Of a stretch of DNA of 64,000 nt, positions 9,875 through 19,983 are shown piece by piece; the first letter of the stretch is position 1, and every line of letters begins with the position of its first letter. Where the stretch lies: positions 24,132-88,131 of the forward strand of contig JASEJE010000010.1 in assembly GCA_030024085.1 (NCBI GenBank), written 5' to 3'. The position numbers and the translations under genes were made by a program. This DNA comes from Bacillota bacterium (GTDB lineage Bacteria; Bacillota; SHA-98; UBA4971). Below the pieces are notes generated by a model. The model was given only the letters and a program-made list of their open reading frames with translations. It had not been told where the DNA came from and did no database searches.

Positions 9875-9986
9875 TGACAACTGTGCGGCGCTTCTCATAG
9901 AGGACGGCACGGTTCCTGCTTCGAGCTGGGGATAACACTCTGCTACAACACATTGCCAAGTCGACGGATTCAGAGGGGGCACGACA

Positions 9987-11054
9987 GTGATTCCAAAGAC
10001 CATGTTAGCAGCACGCTTGTATGCTCCTGGGGACATTCGCGTGGAGGAGGTTCCTATCCCGGAAGTCGGGGAGAGTGAAGTACTAATTAAGGTCATGGCT
10101 GCAGGCATATGTGGGTCTGATCCCCCACGCGCCATGTCCACCGGAACCTACTCCTACCCCCTCACTATCGGGCACGAGTTCGCTGGAGAAATCGCGGCCA
10201 TAGGAGGAGCGGTATGGGACTTGGCTCCTGGAGACCGGGTCACTGCGATTCCGCTGATCCCATGCGGTGCATGTGTGTACTGCAAGGCTGGGCAGTACAA
10301 CCTGTGCGATCATTACGACTACATCGGCTCCAGAACCGATGGGGCGTTCGCGCAGTACATGAAGACTCGGGCTGAGAACGTGCTCCGGATTCCCGATGGC
10401 GTCGATTTCGAGACCGCAGCTACCACCGATCCTGCTGCGGTGGCCCTTCACTCCATCAGAAAGGCGCGAATAGCGGTAGGAGATACCGTGGCGGTCTTGG
10501 GAACGGGTCCCATCGGACTGTTTGCGGTTCAGTGGGCAAAGATAGTCGGCGCGGTCATGGTAGCCGCGGTTGACGTGTATGACGAGAAGCTGCGAGTCGC
10601 CAGGGAGTTGGGGGCTGACCTGTGTATCAACGCTTCCAGAGACGACCCTGTCGAGGCCATTAACCAAGTAACCTTCGGGAAAGGCATCAACCGAGTAATC
10701 GAGACCGCCGGGGCCTCCCAGACGCAGCACCAGGCGTGTCTGATTGCGTCGAAGCTGGGCTCGGTAGTGTTTTGCGGCATCTCCCACGCTGGCCTCGACC
10801 TTTCAGAAGTCGCAGTTGACAGGGTGATGCGCCGGGAGATCTCAGTCGTCGGTTCGTGGAATTCAGGCGACGTTACGGTACCGCACGAAGATGACTGGAG
10901 AACGACGTTGTGCTTCATGGGTCAAGGCAAGCTCGTCGCGAAACCTTTCATAACGCATCGACATCCACTGTCTGAAGTGCCCAAGGTGTTTGCCGACATC
11001 TGGAACCGACATCTCGTGCATGGAAAGGTCTTGTTCCTGCCACAGCAGAGATAG
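9987..11054 (+). CDS. Zn-dependent polyol(-phosphate) dehydrogenase (GatD/sorbitol dehydrogenase-like)
   Basis: Motifs GICGSD, GHEFAG, CGACVYC..G.YNLC, GTGPIG. Confidence 0.9.
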   Translation: MIPKTMLAARLYAPGDIRVEEVPIPEVGESEVLIKVMAAGICGSDPPRAMSTGTYSYPLTIGHEFAGEIAAIGGAVWDLAPGDRVTAIPLIPCGACVYCKAGQYNLCDHYDYIGSRTDGAFAQYMKTRAENVLRIPDGVDFETAATTDPAAVALHSIRKARIAVGDTVAVLGTGPIGLFAVQWAKIVGAVMVAAVDVYDEKLRVARELGADLCINASRDDPVEAINQVTFGKGINRVIETAGASQTQHQACLIASKLGSVVFCGISHAGLDLSEVAVDRVMRREISVVGSWNSGDVTVPHEDDWRTTLCFMGQGKLVAKPFITHRHPLSEVPKVFADIWNRHLVHGKVLFLPQQR

Positions 11055-11189
11055 CTAGTATGCCTCAATGGGGGTCGGGAGGAGGCCTAGAGTGGTAGTC
11101 CGATAGTCTCTATCAGATGTGTACCAACGAGAGGAACCCATGTCAGACGAGAACGCGCTATACGGCGTGAGCCTTCTCGCCACGGGGGG

Positions 11190-12683
11190 ATGGGCTTGAG
11201 CTACGTTGAAATGAGGGGCATCTACAAGAGTTTCCCTGGAGTCTCTGCGTTACGCGGTGTGAATCTGGAGATCCGCAAGGGTGAGATCTTGGCTATCGTT
11301 GGTGAGAATGGGGCAGGGAAGACTACCCTAATGAGGATCCTGTGCGGGGCAGACACACCGGACAAGGGAGAAATAGCTGTCGATGGCAAACTCGTGAACG
11401 TCCGCAGTCCGAGGCAGGCGCAAGAACTTGGCATATTCATGGTTCAACAGGAACTCAGCTTGGTACCATCTATGTCAGTCATGGAAAACATTGTTCTCGG
11501 GCGCGAGGCAAGAGTGGGTCCAGGCGGCATTCTTGACGCTCGGCGGAACAGCCAGCAAGCCATAGCTGCTCTTGAGTTGCTTGGCCTAGACATTGATCTG
11601 CAAACTCGTGTCCGAGGCCTTGATGTGGCAACACAACAGATGGTGGAAATCGCGAGAAACCTCGCTCGAAGCCCGAAGGTTCTCATAATGGACGAACCGA
11701 CGGCTGCGCTCAGTGCTCCTGAGATTGAGAAGCTATTTCTGGTGCTGAAGAACCTACGACGAAGTGGAGTCAGCGTGGTGTTCATCTCTCACAAACTAGA
11801 GGAAATTCTTCGTCTGTCTGACAGGGTGATGGTCCTGAGGGACGGCCAGACTGTTGGAACTCTTCAGACCGAGCAAACAACGCGACAGGATCTCATTTCC
11901 ATGATGGTGGGCAGGAGCATTACAGAACAGGTGCGAACGCCTTCGCGGTTGGGCCGAGGTGCGGACGCCCTCAGGGTGGAGGGGATCAGCAGGAAGGGCA
12001 AGTTCCGTGATATCTCCTTTGCTGTCCAAGATGGGGAGGTATTGGGTCTATTTGGACTGAAAGGTTCAGGCAGAACTGAGGTTGCTCGTGCCATCTTCGG
12101 CGCTGACTCAATCGACACAGGACGTGTGTTGGTGCGCGGACAGGAAGTTAGGTTGCACTCTCCTGTTGATGCAGCAAACCGAGGTCTGGGATTTCTTACC
12201 GAAGACAGGAAATCACAAGGCCTGTTCCTAAACCTCTCTGTCAAGGACAACATAACGATCGCCAACCTCAGCTGCGTCTGTTCGCAGGCAGGCATCATTA
12301 ATGAGAGACGTGAGGCAGGGGTGGCCCATGAGTACATCCGCCGGCTGGGCATAAAGGCTCCGTCGATATTCCAAAGGGTGAAGTACCTCAGCGGTGGGAA
12401 TCAACAGAAAGTCCTGCTGGCTAGGTGGGTATTCCGAGGAAGCCACGTTCTGATACTTGACGAACCGACGAAGGGTATCGATGTAGGAGCCAAACGGGAG
12501 GTGTATCTGTTAATAGATGAGCTTGCCCGTCGGGGACTCGCTGTTATAGTGATTTCCTCAGAGATAGAGGAGATCCTTGCTGTCAGTGATACCATTGTAG
12601 TCATGAGAGCCGGGACAGTCTCAGCTGTACTGCCCAGAGATCAGGCGGAGACAGAAGTAATCATGCATTACGCTGCAGGCTAG
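11190..12683 (+). CDS. Sugar ABC transporter ATPase (CUT2, RbsA-like, two NBDs)
   Basis: Motifs GENGAGKTT, MDEPTAAL, LSGGNQQKV, LDEPTKGIDVGAK. Confidence 0.95.
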   Translation: MGLSYVEMRGIYKSFPGVSALRGVNLEIRKGEILAIVGENGAGKTTLMRILCGADTPDKGEIAVDGKLVNVRSPRQAQELGIFMVQQELSLVPSMSVMENIVLGREARVGPGGILDARRNSQQAIAALELLGLDIDLQTRVRGLDVATQQMVEIARNLARSPKVLIMDEPTAALSAPEIEKLFLVLKNLRRSGVSVVFISHKLEEILRLSDRVMVLRDGQTVGTLQTEQTTRQDLISMMVGRSITEQVRTPSRLGRGADALRVEGISRKGKFRDISFAVQDGEVLGLFGLKGSGRTEVARAIFGADSIDTGRVLVRGQEVRLHSPVDAANRGLGFLTEDRKSQGLFLNLSVKDNITIANLSCVCSQAGIINERREAGVAHEYIRRLGIKAPSIFQRVKYLSGGNQQKVLLARWVFRGSHVLILDEPTKGIDVGAKREVYLLIDELARRGLAVIVISSEIEEILAVSDTIVVMRAGTVSAVLPRDQAETEVIMHYAAG

Positions 12684-12711
12684 AGAGAAAAGGAATGTGA
12701 GGCTGGTTGTC

Positions 12712-13710
12712 ATGGCACACAACGGACGTTTTCTTGCCGGAGACTTGGTATCTCGTCGGAGACTAAGGGTAAGCGGTGTCTCGCTCGTGGGCAATATAAG
12801 AGGCTACGGGCTACTTTTGGGGCTGTTGGTGCTTGGGGGAATCCTATCAATCTTGTCCCCTGTATTCCCTACCCCGGCGAACCTGCTCGACATTGTTGTG
12901 CAGTCGTCTGTCAACGGCTCGATAGCCCTAGGAATGACGTTTGTGATTGCAACCGGCGGCATTGATCTCTCGGTCGGGTCAATATGGGCACTAACTAGCA
13001 TAGCAGTGGGGCTTCTTGTCAAGCACGGGTTGCCGTGGACACTAGCGATTGTATTTGGTCTCGCAGCAGGGGTAGTCTGCGGGTCAGTTACAGGGCTGCT
13101 CGTCACCAAGGGCGGAGTACCTCCCTTCATAGCGACTCTCGGGACGATGAGTATCTACAGGGGCCTAGCGTTGATTATCAGCCAGGGCTATACGATATAC
13201 GGCTTCCCTCGAGGCCTCCAGTTCATTGGGTCTGGTAAGGTGTTGATGATACCAATGCCTGCAATCGTGTTAGCTATAGCGTTTCTTATTACGCGGTTCT
13301 TGTTCAGTCGCTGTGCCTTTGGGCGGCACGTAGTAGCTATAGGGGGCAACAAGGAAGCAGCTAGGCTGTGTGGCATTAACGTGAACAAGTGCGTTATGGG
13401 GGCATATGTAGTTGGCGCAGTATTGGCCACGGTGGGCGGGATAATTGCGACTGCCCGTCTTGATGCTGCAGAGCCAATTGCAGGCAATGGGGCTGAGCTT
13501 GATGCTATTGCTGCGGTCGTCATGGGGGGCACATCTCTCTCGGGTGGCGAGGCGAACATCGTAGGCACTCTCGTCGGGGCGCTTGTGATTGGTACAGTCA
13601 GGAACGGGCTAACACTCATGAATGTCCCGACTTTCTACCAGATAGCCACAGTCGGCCTGATCATAATCGCGGCTGTACTAGCGGAAAGGGCAGGCCGTTC
13701 CAGACAGTAA
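12712..13710 (+). CDS. Sugar ABC permease (RbsC-like)
   Basis: Motifs GMTFVIATGGIDLSVG, PPFIATLG, AIGGN.EAARL.GI, ELDAIAAVVMGGTSL.GG. Confidence 0.95.
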   Translation: MAHNGRFLAGDLVSRRRLRVSGVSLVGNIRGYGLLLGLLVLGGILSILSPVFPTPANLLDIVVQSSVNGSIALGMTFVIATGGIDLSVGSIWALTSIAVGLLVKHGLPWTLAIVFGLAAGVVCGSVTGLLVTKGGVPPFIATLGTMSIYRGLALIISQGYTIYGFPRGLQFIGSGKVLMIPMPAIVLAIAFLITRFLFSRCAFGRHVVAIGGNKEAARLCGINVNKCVMGAYVVGAVLATVGGIIATARLDAAEPIAGNGAELDAIAAVVMGGTSLSGGEANIVGTLVGALVIGTVRNGLTLMNVPTFYQIATVGLIIIAAVLAERAGRSRQ

Positions 13711-13831
13711 TCCGGGTTTGCGGAAGGGGGTGTGCGAGGAGCTGAGGAGATAAACCCTCTTATGGGAGACAGTGGGAGAGGACAAATGGCGGACTAATCA
13801 GAGAACGGAGGAAAAGGAGGTCTACCAAATC

Positions 13832-14890
13832 ATGAGAACGAAGTTGTATGCCGTGTGTCTCATAGCTGCGGTGCTTGCACTTGTGGCTGGAAGTGTTCCG
13901 ACTTCTTCGCAGGGTGTACCCTTCCTTTCGAAAGAGGCGTTCCTCAAGAACGGGGCTTTTCTCGAAAACGTGCCGAAACCGAGCCGGCAATACAGAATAG
14001 CAAACATATCACGTACCTTGCTGAATGAACACTGGGTCATGAACAAAGAAGGGTTTATGGCTGCGCTTGAACATTACGGTCTTGATGGGCAGGTGTTCGC
14101 GGTCCAATCCGAACAAGACGTCATAGAGCAGGCCAACATCCTCGATACAGTGGTACGCAAAGGGTACGATGCGGTGGTAGTATCACCAATTAGTGAGAAG
14201 AACCTACTCCCTGGTCTTGCCGAAGCTACCAAGAAGGGTATCGTGATAATCAACGTCGACACTGCAGCCATCCTGGAAGCGGATGCAAAGGAAAAGGGCA
14301 TTAAGATCGGCACTTTCATTGGGTCAGACAACTATGACGCAGGCGTAGAGGCAGCAAACTTCATTGCTGGGTGTTTGGGAGGAAAGCCGGGCAAGGTAGC
14401 AGTTGTGCGCGGCCGGCCGGGCGACACGTGTGCGATAGATAGGTCATCCGGGTTCATCGACACAGTTCGCAGGTACAATAACCTACAACTCGTGGGCGAT
14501 CAATCGGGCATGTGGGACCGGATGCAAGCGCTAGATGTAACGACGAATATGTTGCGCGCGAACCCCGATATCGTTGGCATCTACTACAACAACGACACGA
14601 TGGTCCTGGGGGGACTCCAGGCGGCGAAGAACCTCGGATATAGGGTGTTGACCGGCGCTGATGCGCACAAGTATGCAGGGCAGGCCAAGACACTTATCAT
14701 CATCGGAAATGACGGAATACCAGAGGCGCTTGAGAAAGTCAAGGCGGGGGAACTAACCGGGACTATTGCGCAGAAACCCTACTTGATGGGGTATGCAGCC
14801 GTTGAGGCGGCGATTATAGCTCTCGAAGGCGGGTCGCTTCCGAAAGTGATACATACGCCAATCAAGTTGGTCACACAGTCGGACCTATAG
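13832..14890 (+). CDS. Sugar ABC substrate-binding protein (RbsB/AlsB-like)
   Basis: AGGAGG RBS and signal peptide; motifs IGSDNY.AG, NNDTM.LG, IGNDG, GTIAQ.P..MG. Confidence 0.9.
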   Translation: MRTKLYAVCLIAAVLALVAGSVPTSSQGVPFLSKEAFLKNGAFLENVPKPSRQYRIANISRTLLNEHWVMNKEGFMAALEHYGLDGQVFAVQSEQDVIEQANILDTVVRKGYDAVVVSPISEKNLLPGLAEATKKGIVIINVDTAAILEADAKEKGIKIGTFIGSDNYDAGVEAANFIAGCLGGKPGKVAVVRGRPGDTCAIDRSSGFIDTVRRYNNLQLVGDQSGMWDRMQALDVTTNMLRANPDIVGIYYNNDTMVLGGLQAAKNLGYRVLTGADAHKYAGQAKTLIIIGNDGIPEALEKVKAGELTGTIAQKPYLMGYAAVEAAIIALEGGSLPKVIHTPIKLVTQSDL

Positions 14891-15209
14891 GTCAGGACTC
14901 GTGGGGAAGGCGCTGACATCGGTGGTTGCACTGGCACTTCCTGAAGAATGGGAAACGACAACGCGTCACCGACCGCGGCTGGGGGCTAAGGTACGGGACC
15001 TCTAGAGGCTTTACAAGTGGCGTTCGTGGGTGGTGCCGCAGAGCTACTACGCCAGGTACCCCGGCACGGCTCCAGGAAAGCGCAGCCTTCAGGAGAAACA
15101 GAAACACCCAGCTGTGAGCGAACGTAGCCGAGGAGCTGGCCACGGTGGCGCGGGCCCGGCGGCTAGCTCCTCGGCAGGAGCATAACAACTAACCCAAGGG
15201 GGTTTGAAA

Positions 15210-16046
15210 ATGAAGTACGCGGTGAGCAACTGGATTTACGGAGAAGAACCGTTGCATATTACGGCGGCGAGACTTGCGAAGCTCGGCTATGACGGGGTCG
15301 AGCTGACCGGTGAGCCATCGAGGTACAGCGTGCGGGAGACTGCCAGATTGCTTGCGGACCATGGTCTAGAGGTATCATCTGTATGCGGAATTTACACCAA
15401 GGAAAGAGACTTGACGAACCCCGAACCGAGGGCACACCAGGCCGCGGTGGACTACGTAAAGTCATGCATCGAGTTCGCACACAAACTTAGGGCTCGCACC
15501 CTGATCCTAGTTCCTACCCCTGTAGGGAAGACCAATCCTTCAATCAATGTGAGTGAGGACTGGAAGCGGTCGGTTGAGTCGGTGCGACAAGCTGCTGAGT
15601 TTGCCTGCCAGGCTGGTGTAGTTATTGCAGTCGAGCCGATCAATAGGTATGAGACGTACCTGGTGAACAACTGCGAGCAGGCGCTTCGGTACGCGGATGA
15701 GGTCGGGTCACCATGCGTTAAGGTGATGCTTGACACATTTCACATGAACATAGAGGAAAGGGACCTCGCGGAAGCTGTCCGAAAAGCAGGGAAAAGGCTC
15801 GTGCATGTGCATGTGGCTGACAGCAACCGCCAGTCGACTGGGCGCGGTCATACGGATTTTCAGGGGCTAGTGAGGTCCCTAGACGGGATAGGCTACTCAG
15901 GGTACCTTGTCATGGAACCGCTGCCACCAGTCGCAGATGTGTATTCAGCAGCTAGCGTTCTAGTTCCGGAAGCGACCATAGAGGGCTACGCGAGGGAGTG
16001 CATTGACTACCTTAAACTGCTGGAAGGTGGTCTACGCGGGCTCTGA
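15210..16046 (+). CDS. Sugar phosphate isomerase/epimerase (D-tagatose/psicose 3-epimerase-like TIM barrel)
   Basis: Metal ligand motifs EPINRYET, LDTFHMNIEE, HVHVADSNR...G.GH, VMEP. Confidence 0.9.
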   Translation: MKYAVSNWIYGEEPLHITAARLAKLGYDGVELTGEPSRYSVRETARLLADHGLEVSSVCGIYTKERDLTNPEPRAHQAAVDYVKSCIEFAHKLRARTLILVPTPVGKTNPSINVSEDWKRSVESVRQAAEFACQAGVVIAVEPINRYETYLVNNCEQALRYADEVGSPCVKVMLDTFHMNIEERDLAEAVRKAGKRLVHVHVADSNRQSTGRGHTDFQGLVRSLDGIGYSGYLVMEPLPPVADVYSAASVLVPEATIEGYARECIDYLKLLEGGLRGL

Positions 16047-16092
16047 CGCAAGTAGTACGATATAGCGGTTGCTCTTGACTGGAGGGATTGAA

Positions 16093-17172
16093 GTGCCTAG
16101 AACTATGAGGGCAGTAGTATGTAGAGGACCTAGAGACTACGTCCTTGAAGACCGTCAGGTTCCGAGCGTGGGCAAGGGCGACGTGCTCCTTGCTGTAGAA
16201 GCGTGCGGCATCTGTGCCGGGGATGTCAAGGCGCGAGACGGGGCGGCCATGTTCTGGGGTGACGATGTCCAACCCGCGTGGATGACAGCTCCTGTGATCC
16301 CGGGGCACGAGTTTATTGGTCGCGTAGTGGAAATCGGCGCCGAAGCCCGAAGTCGGCGGCAGCTCACGGAGGGTGACAGAGTCGTCGTTGAACAGATAGT
16401 CCCATGTGGGGAGTGTAGGTATTGCAGACGGGGCCAGTACTGGATGTGTCAGGTGCATGACATATACGGGTTCAAGTCTCATCTTGACGGCGGAATGGCT
16501 GAGTTCGTGAGGGTGCCCGAGAAGGCTCTTACGTACAAGGTTCCGAGGGATTTCCCGACTGTATCAGGGGTAATGGTCGAGCCGTTAGCGTGTGCGATTC
16601 ATGCGGTGGAGCGAGCGGATATTGAGCTGGGGCAAGTAGTGGTCATAGCAGGGTTGGGTGCTCTCGGGCTGTGTATGATTCAGGTCGCTCGCCTGAAGAC
16701 ACCCGCGCTCCTGATCGGGATCGACACAAACCCTTTCCGGCTGCACAGAGCACAGGCACTGGGTGCACAAGTCGTGTTGAACCCACGGGAACAGGACGTC
16801 GTAGCCGAGGTGATGAGCCTGACGGGCGGCTACGGTTGCGATAGGTACATTGAGGCAACGGGGGCCCCCGCTGGTGTCGTACAAGGGCTGAAAATGATAA
16901 GGAAGCTAGGCGTGATGGTTGAGTTCAGTGTCTTTGAGGTACCAACTACCGTGGATTGGAGCATCATCGGCGACCGAAAGGAGCTGGATATTCACGGAGC
17001 CCACTTAAGCCCATACACTTTTCAGTTGGCGATCGACTATCTAGCATCTGGTGTTGTCAAGGCAGAACCGTTGGTGACGCACAAGTTGCCTCTTGAGCAG
17101 TTCGAACAGGGATTCGACCTGGTTCACCGAGCTCAGGATTCCATTAAGGTAACTCTCTGGCCCACTAGCTGA
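16093..17172 (+). CDS. Zn-dependent dehydrogenase, erythritol/L-threitol dehydrogenase (EltD)-like
   Basis: GICAGDVK...G..MFWGD, PVIPGHEF, YWMC..HDIYGF and DWSIIGDRKELDI.GAHL recall the EltD subgroup. Substrate is inferred. Confidence 0.8.
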   Translation: MPRTMRAVVCRGPRDYVLEDRQVPSVGKGDVLLAVEACGICAGDVKARDGAAMFWGDDVQPAWMTAPVIPGHEFIGRVVEIGAEARSRRQLTEGDRVVVEQIVPCGECRYCRRGQYWMCQVHDIYGFKSHLDGGMAEFVRVPEKALTYKVPRDFPTVSGVMVEPLACAIHAVERADIELGQVVVIAGLGALGLCMIQVARLKTPALLIGIDTNPFRLHRAQALGAQVVLNPREQDVVAEVMSLTGGYGCDRYIEATGAPAGVVQGLKMIRKLGVMVEFSVFEVPTTVDWSIIGDRKELDIHGAHLSPYTFQLAIDYLASGVVKAEPLVTHKLPLEQFEQGFDLVHRAQDSIKVTLWPTS

Positions 17173-17246
17173 GTACGCGGAGGCTGATCTTGGAATCCTC
17201 AAGAACGCGACTTGCTGTGCGGGATGGTTGCGAGGAGGCGTACCAC

Positions 17247-18281
17247 GTGAAAGCAGCTGTGTACCGTGGAGTACGCGACATTCGTATAGAAGAACGGCCC
17301 GTGCCACGGGTTGGCGGGGACGGCATCTTGCTACAGGTGGAGGCGTGCGCGATCTGCGGGACGGACGTCCGAACGTTTCTCAACGGTAGCACTACGGTGA
17401 CCCCTCCTCGGGTCCTAGGGCACGAGGTGTGCGGAGTGCTTCGTAGTATCCCGTCTGGAGGAAGCGACGGTCTGAGCGTCGGCGATAGAGTCACTATCGC
17501 TCCGGCGATTGGTTGCGGTTGTTGCAGGGAGTGTCAGTCGGGAGCGCCGAACATGTGCGCGAACCTGCGAACGCTCGGGTTGGACTATGATGGCGGATTC
17601 GAGGAATTCATGGTTGTTCCGGCCCAGGCACGGTTCAACCTGGTCAAGGTCCCGGATGGACTGTCTAGTGAGTACGCGACTTTGGCGGAGCCGCTTGCAT
17701 GCTGCATAAACGGGCAGGAACAAGTTGGCGTTGCGTTGGGCGACGCGGTCGTTGTGATAGGGGCGGGGCCGATCGGGTGCGTGCACGTGCTGCTTGCCAA
17801 GCTTCAAGGAGCACTCAAGACAATCGTTGTCGACAAAGTGCCAGAACGCCTTGCCGTCGCCAGTGAGCTGGGGGCCACCGAAGTAGTGTGTTCGGCAGAC
17901 GACGAACCTGTGGGCGCCGTTCTCAAGCTCACGGGCCAAGCGGGAGCAGACGTAGTCATAGTGGCCTGCGCATCCTCTGAGGCCCAAGCCCAAGCCTTGC
18001 AAATGTGCGGGCGGCGCGGGCGTGTGCTTCTATTCGGGGGGCTCCCTCCTGGAAGAATAGCTTCCATAGACACCAATTTGATCCACTACAAACAGATAAG
18101 AGTGACGGGTTCTCATGCGTCGACGCCGCTACAGAACCGGCTGTCGGTAGAGCTTCTTGCGTCGAAGGTAATCCCCGCGGAAAGGCTGCTCACGCACGTT
18201 GAACCCCTTGACCGGATAAACGAGGCGTTTGACGCGGCGGTTGCGGCCACAGAGATGAAGATCGCGGTACGAGTGAGCTAG
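17247..18281 (+). CDS. Zn-dependent L-iditol 2-dehydrogenase-like enzyme
   Basis: Motifs AICGTD, LGHE, CGCCRECQSG..NMC, EPLACCING, GAGPIG, NLIHYKQ. Confidence 0.88.
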   Translation: MKAAVYRGVRDIRIEERPVPRVGGDGILLQVEACAICGTDVRTFLNGSTTVTPPRVLGHEVCGVLRSIPSGGSDGLSVGDRVTIAPAIGCGCCRECQSGAPNMCANLRTLGLDYDGGFEEFMVVPAQARFNLVKVPDGLSSEYATLAEPLACCINGQEQVGVALGDAVVVIGAGPIGCVHVLLAKLQGALKTIVVDKVPERLAVASELGATEVVCSADDEPVGAVLKLTGQAGADVVIVACASSEAQAQALQMCGRRGRVLLFGGLPPGRIASIDTNLIHYKQIRVTGSHASTPLQNRLSVELLASKVIPAERLLTHVEPLDRINEAFDAAVAATEMKIAVRVS

Positions 18282-18314
18282 GTTGAGGATGAGTCTCGAG
18301 CGGAGGGAAGGACT

Positions 18315-19814
18315 ATGCCACAGAAGGCCATCCTGGCCATCGACCAGGGGACGACGGGAAGTAGGGCGGTCGTCTTTGACGAAGAAGGCAAGGTAAGGGC
18401 AAAGGCGTATAAGGAGATAAACCAGATCTTCCCGCATCCGGGATGGGTGGAGCACGACCCGGAGGAGTACATCTCTTCGGCAAGAGAGTGCGTGCTCGCT
18501 GTGCTTGACAGCTGCGGCACGGATTTGCGTATTGAAGGGGTAGGTATCACCAACCAGCGGGAGACGACTATCGCGTGGGATAAGCGGACCGGGGAACCGA
18601 TCTGCAATGCAATAGTATGGCAATGCAGACGAACTGCCCCATATTGCGAGCGCTTGATTGCGCAAGGCGCCACCGAGACTGTGCTGGAGAAGACAGGCTT
18701 GCCCATTGATGCATACTTCTCTGCGACGAAAATCCGGTGGATTCTGGACAACGTGCCCGATGCCCGGAACCTGATCGCCCAGGGGCGCCTCGCGGTCGGC
18801 AACGTGGACTCCTGGCTCATGTGGAATCTCAGCGGAGGGAAGATACACGCAACCGACGTATCAAACGCGTCAAGAACGATGCTGTTTAACATTCACACGC
18901 TTCAATGGGACAAAGACCTCCTTCACCTTATGGATATACCGGAGGAGATACTCCCGGCCGTGTACAGCTCAAGCCACGTTTTCGGTGAGGTTTCAAGAGA
19001 ATGGGGGCATTTAGCGGGCATTCCCATATGCGGAGTTGCGGGGGACCAACAGGCTGCGCTTTTCGGCCAGACCTGCTTCGAACCTGGAATGGTCAAGAAC
19101 ACGTACGGCACGGCACTCGCCGTCATGATGAGCACCGGTGCCGACTTGGTGAAATCCAGGAGCGGGCTGACGACCGATCTAGCGTGGTCGATTGACGGAA
19201 GGACCGAGTACTCGCTTGAGGGAGTTGTCTTCATCGGCGGCGCGGCCGTTCAATGGCTGAGAGACGGATTGAAGATAATCAGGGACGCGTCTGAAACGGA
19301 AGCGCTCGCGCGAGCCGTTGGGGATACCGGCGGGGTATATTTCGTACCGGCTTTCGTGGGACTCTGCGCACCATACTGGGACATGTACGCACGGGGAACG
19401 ATAGTCGGCCTAACAAGAGGCACCACGGCCCACCACCTTGCCCGCGCAACACTCGAGGCAATCGCTTATCAGACCCGGGACTGCGTAGACGCCATGGCAA
19501 GAGATCTGGGACGGCCGGTTCGTTCGCTGAGGGTGGACGGCGGAGCCACGAAGAACGAGTTCCTGATGCAGTTCCAGGCTGACATATTGGGGATCCCGGT
19601 GGAGAGAGCGGCCAACATGGAAATGGCGGCGCAAGGGGCAGCTTACCTGGCGGGGCTGGCCGCCGGGGTATGGGGGTCGAAGGACACGATCTCGAAGCTT
19701 TGGAAGTGCGATAAGGTTTTCACCCCCTCGATGGCGGAGGCGCAGCGCGAGGAGCTGTACGCCGGCTGGCAACGCGCTGTGAGCAGAGCCAGAGAATGGG
19801 TTCAGAAAGCGTAG
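18315..19814 (+). CDS. glpK: Glycerol kinase-like FGGY kinase
   Basis: Motifs DQGTTGSRA, GITNQRETT, NAIVWQCRRT, TDVSNASRT, GDQQAALFGQ, RVDGGA. Confidence 0.88.
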   Translation: MPQKAILAIDQGTTGSRAVVFDEEGKVRAKAYKEINQIFPHPGWVEHDPEEYISSARECVLAVLDSCGTDLRIEGVGITNQRETTIAWDKRTGEPICNAIVWQCRRTAPYCERLIAQGATETVLEKTGLPIDAYFSATKIRWILDNVPDARNLIAQGRLAVGNVDSWLMWNLSGGKIHATDVSNASRTMLFNIHTLQWDKDLLHLMDIPEEILPAVYSSSHVFGEVSREWGHLAGIPICGVAGDQQAALFGQTCFEPGMVKNTYGTALAVMMSTGADLVKSRSGLTTDLAWSIDGRTEYSLEGVVFIGGAAVQWLRDGLKIIRDASETEALARAVGDTGGVYFVPAFVGLCAPYWDMYARGTIVGLTRGTTAHHLARATLEAIAYQTRDCVDAMARDLGRPVRSLRVDGGATKNEFLMQFQADILGIPVERAANMEMAAQGAAYLAGLAAGVWGSKDTISKLWKCDKVFTPSMAEAQREELYAGWQRAVSRAREWVQKA

Positions 19815-19983
19815 CTTTCTCAGGGGTTGCAGTCCGGGGATCTCCGATAGAGGCTACAAGACGGATCCAGCCGGGTTTGCTGCATTCGCGGATTGTGGTA
19901 AATTCGTACTGGCCAGAACTGGTGGTCAAAGATAGGCCTCTTCTATCGAATCCTAGACATCCGTCGTTGGCGGTGCATCAGCG

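Noticed and set aside
14900-15180. Structured ncRNA or riboswitch between the binding-protein and epimerase genes
   Set aside because: Only a GC-rich hairpin (about 15127-15175) is evident, typical of mRNA-stabilising stems after ABC binding-protein genes.
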